A DNA stretch of 64,000 bases from a virus (lineage: Duplodnaviria; Caudoviricetes). The position numbers and the translations under genes were made by a program. The stretch covers positions 1 through 64,000 of the IMG/VR virus record IMGVR_UViG_3300032219_001854, one strand, 5' to 3'. Positions 30,183 to 39,800 of the stretch are shown piece by piece (position 1 is the stretch's first letter; each line of letters begins with the position of its first letter). The notes under the pieces were generated by a model that was not told where the DNA came from, ran no database searches, and saw nothing but the letters and a program-made list of their open reading frames with translations.

Positions 30183-30201
30183 TCAAAAAAAGAAAAATCA
30201 A

Positions 30202-31122
30202 ATGGCAATTACAATTACCGAAATCCTTGGAACGGATTCTATTTCAGGATCAAGATTAACTATTAATGCTAACTTTTTACTATTAGAGAACGCTTATAAT
30301 GATTTAGAGAACACTTTTAATATTAATGTGTTGACTGGATCATTGGACGTTTCTAGTGCATCCAGTGGGCAAATAAAATCTAAATCTCTTCTATCTAACA
30401 GCTTGGTGATGCCCGCTTCAGGATCTCCTACGATTCAGATATACGGAACTGGTGCAAGTGGAGGATCAATTATATTTACAAATACTGTTGCGGGAGCCAC
30501 TGGTATTTTTTCAAATGTTCTTCAAGCTAATGCACTTTCAGCTTCTGGAGCAGCCAATTTTGGAGCAACAGCAACTTTCCAAAGCGTTGTTAATCTAGAG
30601 GGGAGAGTAAGTATAGGAGCTTCTGGTAATTTTGTAAATACTAATAGAAAATCGATAGTAGGTTCTACTACAGCGTTTCCTTCTGCTCCAGGAGCGGGTG
30701 TAACTGGAACTTTCTCAACCCCTTACCAATTAACACTAACAGAAAATGTTATCTATATACAATCAGACTATGTTTCGGGTGCAACTGCTGATGTTGCAAA
30801 CGCTACAGGATTTTTCTTTTACGCATCAACAGGTTCTGGAGCAACTGCTTCTGATATTCCTGCAGGTTACACTCTAACCTTAATAGACACAGCTACTACC
30901 ACAGGATTAATAGCTACTGGAGTAACCGGACCAGGTGGATCTGAATACTATACAGGTTTCTCTACAGGTGATGCTTCATATTCTGATCCTTCTATACAAA
31001 CACCAGGAAATCAATATAAGTCTTCTATCGCTATTATGTGGGAGCCAAGAATTGACCAAGGAGCTGCAACACAAAAAGGATCTTGGGTGGTTATAAACGA
31101 CACACAAGGATTCACATACTAA
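30202..31122 (+). CDS. Fibre/baseplate-attached structural protein
   Basis: N-terminal ITEILGTDSISGSRLTINANF resembles the gp9/gp10 D...(K)IN.NF anchor; rich in G/S/T/A. Confidence 0.55.
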   Translation: MAITITEILGTDSISGSRLTINANFLLLENAYNDLENTFNINVLTGSLDVSSASSGQIKSKSLLSNSLVMPASGSPTIQIYGTGASGGSIIFTNTVAGATGIFSNVLQANALSASGAANFGATATFQSVVNLEGRVSIGASGNFVNTNRKSIVGSTTAFPSAPGAGVTGTFSTPYQLTLTENVIYIQSDYVSGATADVANATGFFFYASTGSGATASDIPAGYTLTLIDTATTTGLIATGVTGPGGSEYYTGFSTGDASYSDPSIQTPGNQYKSSIAIMWEPRIDQGAATQKGSWVVINDTQGFTY

Positions 31123-31136
31123 TTAAGTATTAATAA

Positions 31137-33320
31137 ATGGCAAAGACACCTTATATAAGACCCATAGCAGTACAGGGAGGTACATTTTACACATTTTCTT
31201 CTGCTTCGGAAGATCTATCTTTAACCTTTAATAACTCATTAAAGAAATTTACATTTTCTAAGTATGCTTTATTAAAGCTTCCTGAATTTGGTTCACCTTC
31301 ATATGGTGAAAACACATTACAGTTTAATGCCATTGATACTACTTTCTTAGATGCTGCTTATGGTGATTTCATACTTTCAAATCCTAATAATTTAAGTCCA
31401 TCACCCGAGATATCTTTTCAGAACTACTGTTTAAATTTAGAATCTACTGTTATATCAGATCCTAACTATAATCAGGAATTAAAAAGAAACGTATCTGAAA
31501 GAGTTTTTTGGAAATGGATTAAAGAATTAGGAGGTGTTAGATATAGATCTGCAAATACAAATGAAGTAGTTGCTTCATTAAATCAAACACTAACAACAAC
31601 AAAAGACGGATATCCTTACTCTGATAAAAGATGGGTTGAAGAAGATACACTTTTAAGTGGTAACGGAAGTCCTAATCCTAGATACGAAAGAATAGTACAG
31701 TACATAGGAGATATTGATGTTGTAAACTCTGTACAAAATTCCGAGAACGCATATTCTGAAGTTTATATACACATTCCTACTGGAGATGGTGGTACTCCTT
31801 ATGTTTTATTTAAAACTACTGCAGACGAAAACTACTATCCAGATAGGACATTTACAAACTTTCCAAAAGATCCTACAGATACTGAATACCTACAAGGAAG
31901 AGATTCTGCTTCTGGTTTATACGGACCTAATGGACTTCCAAAATTAGCTATATTTGACCAAGACGTTTTAGGAGAACCTGGAGTTAGTGGAACTTCTGCA
32001 ACTGGATCTTTTACAAATAACTGGTACTCACCAAGAGATGAAGCTAATTCTTATTTTACAGAAGCTAGCTTTTTCGATAGCAGCAATTTTGAAATAGAAA
32101 AATATGTAGCTGCATCAGGACCTGGTAGTTATTCTGTAACTTATAATAGAAGTAATCTTGATGGAGTACAAATAGATTTTGATCCTGCTTCTTATAAAGC
32201 TATTCAAAATTATGTTGGAATTTCAACTATTGAGGAATGGAACGGTACACCTGTTACTACTTCTTTTGAATTTAATGCTGTTTTAGTTTATTATGATGTT
32301 TATGATCCTAATAATCCAACAGATTCTGAAACGAATTTATACGGAATCCTTTTCTTAAATGACCCAGAGCCAGTTTCAACAAATGCTGCTAAGTTACCAT
32401 CATTTAAGAAATTTAAGCCAGATCCAATTACCAAACTTAATGGTAATTCTTATGGTTTTAAAATAAATTTAAAATTTGACACTGATGTAGAAAGCACAGG
32501 AGTAGAGCAAGCTATAAACGATTACTCTTCATTCTCTCTTTCTATATTCATGGATGCTGCTACTGTTCTACAAGATGCTGCTAAGAATCTTAACGATAGA
32601 ACGTTACAGATAGCTGCTATGCAGGAAGAGATTAACTATCTTAAAGATCTAATAATAAACACTGACGATAGTACAGAGATAAAAGCAAGATTAGATGTTC
32701 TAGAAGCTTCTTTACAAGCAAATCAAGCTCTTTTCGATAACACTCAAGATATTTTAAGTCTTATCGAGAATAACAGCGATATGATTGACAATATATTACA
32801 GAATCAGACTTCTATTAATATGTCATACAATCTTGATTTATTAAAAGATGGTGATGGAACATCAGTAGATAGAAGCACACCTAATATCTTAAAGGTTAAT
32901 GTTACGCAGCAAGACTATAACATATCTGGAAATTCTTTATTTACTATAAATCCTGTAGCTGGTAACACTATACCTCTTTCAATTTATACTAACTATTTAA
33001 AGCATAAAAATAATGGTATCTCTATAACAGCAAACAATGATATTGTTATAAAGATAGATGATAGCATAAATAAATGGCAAAAAGGACAAGTGTTAAGACT
33101 CGTTATTGGAGATGATATTGATTTAGGAAATTATTCATTAGTGATATTAACAGATGCTCTAGGTGAGTTTCCTAAATCAGCTCCTTCCGGTGTCCCTTAT
33201 TCTTCTGTTGTTGCTGGATTTTTAAATGTACAGTTCTCTGGATCTGGATATAAACCTATATTTGATATAGTCTGTATAGATGATAAAAACCTAATATTTG
33301 AAGTTGATCAAATAAAATAA
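31137..33320 (+). CDS. Putative virion structural protein
   Basis: 727 aa with a coiled-coil segment, inside the structural operon. Confidence 0.5.
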   Translation: MAKTPYIRPIAVQGGTFYTFSSASEDLSLTFNNSLKKFTFSKYALLKLPEFGSPSYGENTLQFNAIDTTFLDAAYGDFILSNPNNLSPSPEISFQNYCLNLESTVISDPNYNQELKRNVSERVFWKWIKELGGVRYRSANTNEVVASLNQTLTTTKDGYPYSDKRWVEEDTLLSGNGSPNPRYERIVQYIGDIDVVNSVQNSENAYSEVYIHIPTGDGGTPYVLFKTTADENYYPDRTFTNFPKDPTDTEYLQGRDSASGLYGPNGLPKLAIFDQDVLGEPGVSGTSATGSFTNNWYSPRDEANSYFTEASFFDSSNFEIEKYVAASGPGSYSVTYNRSNLDGVQIDFDPASYKAIQNYVGISTIEEWNGTPVTTSFEFNAVLVYYDVYDPNNPTDSETNLYGILFLNDPEPVSTNAAKLPSFKKFKPDPITKLNGNSYGFKINLKFDTDVESTGVEQAINDYSSFSLSIFMDAATVLQDAAKNLNDRTLQIAAMQEEINYLKDLIINTDDSTEIKARLDVLEASLQANQALFDNTQDILSLIENNSDMIDNILQNQTSINMSYNLDLLKDGDGTSVDRSTPNILKVNVTQQDYNISGNSLFTINPVAGNTIPLSIYTNYLKHKNNGISITANNDIVIKIDDSINKWQKGQVLRLVIGDDIDLGNYSLVILTDALGEFPKSAPSGVPYSSVVAGFLNVQFSGSGYKPIFDIVCIDDKNLIFEVDQIK

Positions 33321-33325
33321 AAAAA

Positions 33326-36300
33326 ATGTCGAATACTAAAAATTCATTTTCATCACTAATAGCACAATTCCTTAGACTACAAAAGAACTCTTTGGAAATT
33401 ATAAACAAGTTAAATGATGTTACTACATCATCTAAGGATTCAGTGGAGATTGAATTCTTGATGGATGATAACACTTCGGAAAATATACAGGTTCCTTCTT
33501 TTGGATTTTTAAAAACCGAGATTAACAGATTAGATCAAAACATAAAAGCATTATCTGGGTTAGAGGATAATAAAGCAAATGTTAGAAATGCTGATGGTAC
33601 TGTTGCTAAAATATACCAATCTAAAACTTTAAAAGATCCTTCTTCTCCCTCTAGTTTACAGGTTCCCGGAACTTTTCAAGCTAGAAATAATTGGTTTTTC
33701 GAGTCTTTCTTAAATCCTCTTCTTTATATAGAAATTGATGTAGAGAATCAAATACCCGAAAATTCGGAGAATGTCTACGTAAAAAGAATTATTGCTAATA
33801 CACAATCAGATGTACAAAAGCAATACTTTGACAACAATCTTAAAGGAAGAAATGATATTACAGATGCTGATTTCACAGCTTCTTTAGATAGTCAGGGAAT
33901 TCAATATTTTGTAGACGAGCAAATAAACAGTTTAGATTTAAGAACTATAAGATACACTGGATCTTTCGGAGTTTTAAGAATATTTGATGAGGAGATACAA
34001 ACAACTGTAAATGGTGTAACAACAACTAATACTGTTAGAAAATATAAACTGAACACATTAAAATACAATGATGTTTTATCTGATACTGAAAATTCTAGAA
34101 CTTTATCTAAAGGCGATCTTTTAATAACATCAGGTGGTACTAAATATGAAATAACTTCTATTGATGTTACAAACCAAACTATAGTTGTTAAAAGATTATT
34201 TGGATTTGAGGCAATACAGATAGGGGATTCATCTTTGACAATATACTCCAATGTTTTATCAAATAGACAGGTAGAAGTAAATGTTGGATTTGATGAGAGA
34301 CAAGGAGTATTTATTAAATCTATAGATGGAGACTTTAACATAGCTTCTAGTAAGTACAGTCCAGGTATTTGTTTCTGGTCTAACGAATTACAGATAACAA
34401 CATCTGATGGTGTAAAAACATTAGAGGCATTTTACAATTCACAAGTTTCTGATTTCGGTAAAATATTTATAGCATCTGCAAAAGATAATACTATACCTGC
34501 TATATACGGACAAACTCCTTCTGCACCTGTTGTTTCTCCGGGTAATTTTAAGGTAGTAAGAGTAAATTCTCAAATTACTAATTCTAAGGAGAGTGTTTCT
34601 TTTAAAGATAAAGTAAAAGTAAAGAATACCCTTAAGAACGAAATAGATTCTATTGATAGAGCTATAGATCAAACTAGGAAACAAATATCTGAGTTAACTA
34701 CTACTTCTGCAGGTAGCACACCAACAGCAGAGACAAAAAAACTTAATGATAAGATAAGCTCACTTACTAAAGATAAAGGATCTAAGACAGAATTAATAGC
34801 TACAACTATATCGGAGATAAACAATCTAATTATAACAGTTCCTGAGCTTACTGAAGCTCCTAAGTATAGAGTAAGAGGATTTTGGCCTATACCGGAGCCA
34901 ATAATCGATGCTAAAACTGGTGAGCAAAATATAGTTCAATTTAACGTAAGATATAGATATCTTTCAACTACTGGAAATCCTAATGGAGTAGATCAGATTG
35001 ATTATATTGATAATAACGGCGTACAAAAAACTGGTCAATTTACAAACTGGACACAGTTTAAAAGCGACGTAAGAAAGAAAGTATATGACACTAATACTGG
35101 AACATATATTTGGCAAATAGAGGATGTCAGCGATGCTAATACTGTAAATATAAACCAGTTAGATATTGCGATCACAAAGGGTGAGAAGGTAGAAATTCAA
35201 GTTCAGTCTATATCTGAAGCTGGGTGGCCAACTAATCCTCTTACTTCTGATTGGTCTACATCAGCAATAATCGATTTCCCACCTGATCTTGTAGTTCAGG
35301 TCGACAATTCATCTTTCGTTGTTCAGAATAATACAGATACTGCTGTTGCTAGAGTACAAAGCGATTTACAAGCACAAGGATTGGGACAGCATTTATCAAC
35401 ACAATTTACATCAGGTGATAAGTTTTTTGCACATAATTCATCAGTAATAGCCTCTGGATTTTTCGATGCTACAGGAAAAGCTTTAGATCTTTTCCAAAAA
35501 TTAACACAAATCGATAATGAATTACAATCTCTTAGAGCTCTTATTGCTAAAGCTAAAGGTACTCTTGGAGTTTACTTAAGAAGTGGGAATACCTCTAATA
35601 AGATAAATCCAGGAAGTACAGTAAACTTGTTTGCTGGATACTATGATCAAATTATAGACCTTTCAAATCCAAGTAATAGAGGTAAAATTGCTAGTACAAT
35701 TTATTATATAGAGCTAAGAAACGAATCAGCAACACCTCTAGAACTCTCCTCATTAATTCCCGGAGGACAAGGTGTAAAAGCACCTAATAGTATTGTTGGA
35801 CAAGCGGATTACAACAACAACAGAAAATATGGAAATACACCTGTTCAACTTTCAGGAATAGCTAGCGGTGATGTTAATGTTACAACACCTGGATCTTTCA
35901 TACAAGCTTCAGGATATCAAAGTGCCAATGCTTATTCACAGTTTGTATATAACAGATACAAGAGCGTTGGATTAGATCAGGATCTTTATTTTGCTCCACC
36001 TACTTCATTAACTTGGAACCCTACTACAGGTAATACTGTTAATGGTTCTCCTGTAAATAATGACGGTATAATCATGCCTTATGATCCTGTTGGATCTCCT
36101 GCAGGAGCTGGACCTAATGCTAATGTTTGGATTGGAACTTATACTGGAGCATCACCAGACAGTAACGGAAATCTCAATGAATTCTGTATACATATATCTC
36201 ATCCTGATATAAATGATGGTTTGGCTTCTCCTTTTGGATCTTTAGTTAGACCATCTGTTTTACCTGCGGGACCTATGGAATATCCCTCATTTAGACATGC

Positions 36301-36817
36301 TCTAGGATTTGAAGCGGATACTAATATTAATGGTACTATTCCAGGATTTCAAAGTGCTTCGTATCAACAACTTGAATACTATTCAGCTAATCCTGCCTCT
36401 TCTTTTGGTGCTGATGATAACGCATACCCTAATAAATTAGGATTCGTTGAATCTGATGAGTTCTTATGTGGTAAATTCTCTTGTGGATCTTATCTATTTT
36501 TAGGGCCAACTAATCATACTGCAGTTCAAATAGAAGGATCCACCCAATTAGCAAAGAAGACCTTAGATTTTGGTCAAGAAAATGCTATAACGATACCACT
36601 TGTTTTCCAAATGAGAGCTCAAGATAAGCTTGGATATGTTGGAGGATGGAGATCTGCAGGTAACCTAAAGAATATTACCTATACTAAGAAAATAGGAATA
36701 GATATACAGGTAAAGAATGAGGATCTTTTTTCTTTCGATGTTCTAGTAACAGGAAATTACACTAAGACTTCATTAGTTTCACCAGCTTATTCTCAAAGTA
36801 AGAAAACAACTATCTAA
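33326..36817 (+). CDS. Putative virion structural protein
   Basis: 1163 aa, coiled coil plus beta-rich regions, contiguous in the operon. Confidence 0.5.
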   Translation: MSNTKNSFSSLIAQFLRLQKNSLEIINKLNDVTTSSKDSVEIEFLMDDNTSENIQVPSFGFLKTEINRLDQNIKALSGLEDNKANVRNADGTVAKIYQSKTLKDPSSPSSLQVPGTFQARNNWFFESFLNPLLYIEIDVENQIPENSENVYVKRIIANTQSDVQKQYFDNNLKGRNDITDADFTASLDSQGIQYFVDEQINSLDLRTIRYTGSFGVLRIFDEEIQTTVNGVTTTNTVRKYKLNTLKYNDVLSDTENSRTLSKGDLLITSGGTKYEITSIDVTNQTIVVKRLFGFEAIQIGDSSLTIYSNVLSNRQVEVNVGFDERQGVFIKSIDGDFNIASSKYSPGICFWSNELQITTSDGVKTLEAFYNSQVSDFGKIFIASAKDNTIPAIYGQTPSAPVVSPGNFKVVRVNSQITNSKESVSFKDKVKVKNTLKNEIDSIDRAIDQTRKQISELTTTSAGSTPTAETKKLNDKISSLTKDKGSKTELIATTISEINNLIITVPELTEAPKYRVRGFWPIPEPIIDAKTGEQNIVQFNVRYRYLSTTGNPNGVDQIDYIDNNGVQKTGQFTNWTQFKSDVRKKVYDTNTGTYIWQIEDVSDANTVNINQLDIAITKGEKVEIQVQSISEAGWPTNPLTSDWSTSAIIDFPPDLVVQVDNSSFVVQNNTDTAVARVQSDLQAQGLGQHLSTQFTSGDKFFAHNSSVIASGFFDATGKALDLFQKLTQIDNELQSLRALIAKAKGTLGVYLRSGNTSNKINPGSTVNLFAGYYDQIIDLSNPSNRGKIASTIYYIELRNESATPLELSSLIPGGQGVKAPNSIVGQADYNNNRKYGNTPVQLSGIASGDVNVTTPGSFIQASGYQSANAYSQFVYNRYKSVGLDQDLYFAPPTSLTWNPTTGNTVNGSPVNNDGIIMPYDPVGSPAGAGPNANVWIGTYTGASPDSNGNLNEFCIHISHPDINDGLASPFGSLVRPSVLPAGPMEYPSFRHALGFEADTNINGTIPGFQSASYQQLEYYSANPASSFGADDNAYPNKLGFVESDEFLCGKFSCGSYLFLGPTNHTAVQIEGSTQLAKKTLDFGQENAITIPLVFQMRAQDKLGYVGGWRSAGNLKNITYTKKIGIDIQVKNEDLFSFDVLVTGNYTKTSLVSPAYSQSKKTTI

Positions 36818-36820
36818 TAA

Positions 36821-39800
36821 GTGGCAAGGAAAATAATTAAACAAAATTCGTCTTTTGGGGTTCTTAGAGCCAATCCAAAGATATCTGGAAATGTAAAGAT
36901 AACTGTAGATTCCAAAAGTGATATATGGCTTAATTCCATAGATTCTAATTCGGAAATGGCTAATAGTTATTACAAAGGATTTAGGATATCTCCAGAAACC
37001 TCTTATGATAAAGATCTTTACAAATTTTTAAGAGAAGGTAAAACACCTTCTCAATTTGTTTTTGGATTAATTGGAGAGGGGAATCCAATTCAGAATCAAA
37101 TAAAAGATTTGTCAGATAGCTATAATTTCTTTTATAGCTCGGGTGTTTCTCCTTTAATATCTGATAAGTATAGCGAGGATTTTTCATACTTAGCTCCACT
37201 TTGGTTGGGAGAAGATATTCCGGATCACTTTGTGATATTTAAGCTTAATGATCCTATAGATTATTCATATAAGGTTCCTGTAACATCATTGAATGTTGGT
37301 AAAACGTATAAAGTATTACAAGATATTACAGTGGATCCTCAAGATCCTAGTTATCTTCCTTTTACTGTTTCTTCAGGATCTCAGACTTATGTTGACGGAA
37401 ACGTATTTACTGCAACTGCTTTTAATTTTACTGTTGTACAAGGACAAGGATCTGTAATTCTTTTAGATCCGCTTTACAACATAGGTAATGTTGAGGACAC
37501 GGAAAATCATTTTTATGATAAGATATTACCTAAATCTACAGTAGTAGCTAGTTTTGATTTAACTGCAGATTCTAATATAGGTAAGTATTTAAGAAAAATA
37601 AAAACAACTCCTGGATATACTGATAGCTTAATAGATGTTAGATTTGAGAATGATCAATTAACTACTTTTAATGGTGTTAATTATGAAGTTGGTATATTTG
37701 ATAAGAGAGGTGATTTTTTAATTGATTATTATAAAAACCCAGAGACGCAAATAGGATTTGAGGATTTTATAACAAATGGTTTTAGTAATAATAGAGTAAT
37801 AAGTTATAAGTTATTAAATCTTGAATTCTTATTTAATGACAATGACTCTTCAAACTACACTATAAACAGATATTTTGGACTTTATGTTAATGCTCCAGAT
37901 ATAGCTAAATTTAAATTAGATGGAGATGCACTTTACAAAAGTCAAGGTGAATCTGGAAATACGCCAATACCAGAGAAAAATAATAAAGGATACTACGATC
38001 AAGAAAATACATATTTTCAATATAATGATGATGGGGTTAGACTTTATTTGGATCCTTCTAAAATATCTGGAATAATTCCAAATTCTGATGACGTTAACGT
38101 ATTAGAGCAGACTAAGCTTTTCTGGGTTAAAGATAAGAATGGTAATTTTCACTCCCTAAAAAGATACGAAGATTATGGTACTTCCTCACCTGACCCTTTA
38201 TATTCTTTATATGGATTAAACGGATACGAAAATCAATTAGTAATACAGAACACTTCAATAGATCTATCGGTATTTACTGGTAAGGATGTAAAGACTAAAA
38301 AACAATATCCGGCGGTAACAACAGGGGAAAAAGGAAGAGGATATAGTGTAATTAGAATAGGTAAGGAACTTAATAATTATAGTGAAAATGCTTTTATATT
38401 TTATAATCCTCTTGGCTATCACGGAAATCCAGGAGCTAAGTATGACATAATAAAAGCTTCGGATCTTTCATCCAGTATTGATGAGTGGGGTCCAGGAAGC
38501 TTTTATGCACAAGACGGTGTTTATTATTACCATCCTTTTGGAACGAATGAAAAAATTGCTGAAGCTTTAACTGGTATATTTAATAGCTTTAATTATAATT
38601 CTTTTGAATCTTTTAATTCTGGCGATGAGGTTGTAATAAGAACTAATGCAACAGGATTACAGGAAAATAAAAAATACTATTTAGATTTCTTTAAGGACTT
38701 TACTACCCTACAAAGAATGCCAGATTCTGAGAGGGGAACGGTTTTTATAAACGAAAAAGATACTTGTGATATAAATCAAAGACAATCCTTTCTCGGAGGA
38801 TCCAATTATTCTAGAACTAGAGTTAAGGTTAAAATAGAAGATGCAAATAAAATAGAGGTAGGTGAAACTTTTATAGAGACTATAAGAAATACATCTACTG
38901 ATTCATTTAGTAATTTACCTGAGTATTCAAATAAAGGAGCATCTATAGTAGTTGGTAAGTACAGATTTATAGATCAATATGCTAAAGACTCAAAGGGGGA
39001 AATAGTAGGACTTAAAGATTTTGAAACTCATGCGACTCTTGAGATAGCTAATTTTACCGAATCTGTAGCCTTTGGAACATCTGGGACGATATCTGCTTTC
39101 AATACTTATGATGCTACTTTAGGTATATTTTCTTTCTATGGATTAAGGGAAATTGATATGGACTTCTGGTACAGTCAGTATGGATATACGCCTACCGAAG
39201 AGTATTATAAACATTTAGATACACAGCCAGATGGAACTACTAAAATAACACAAGGTAAGACATACTTTGTATCTGCAGGAGCTTCTATAGAATATAATTC
39301 TAATACTATATCAGGGCCAGACTTTTTTGAGGGAGTAGCAGGGGAGGATCAATATAGATTAGTTACTGGATCATCTATTGCTGAATCCAACGTATTTCCT
39401 ACCCTATCATCAAGAGGTAATGTAACAGTAGGGGTTAATCCTAGTAATTTTGATTACTCTTTTTATCCGGATCTAGATGCTTTCCCTGGATTTTACGGGA
39501 TCCAAGCTATAGAATACATAGACAATGAAATAGGGATTGATACAAAATATAAGCAATTAAATTTTGGTAAATTATATTCTGAATATGATTATACTCAAGA
39601 CAACTATAATCCTGCTTATGCAACAAATAGTAGAGTTAGTCCTTATATAACTAAATGGGTTTATAGAGGAGGAACAGATATTAGAGGGAATGGATACAGA
39701 CTAAATTCTAATATAGCTTTTAGCCCTTTAAATTTTTCACCTAGCTTTTTTAGAAGAGCGCAGGATCCTCAGTATTTTACTCACGAGTGGTATCATTTAC

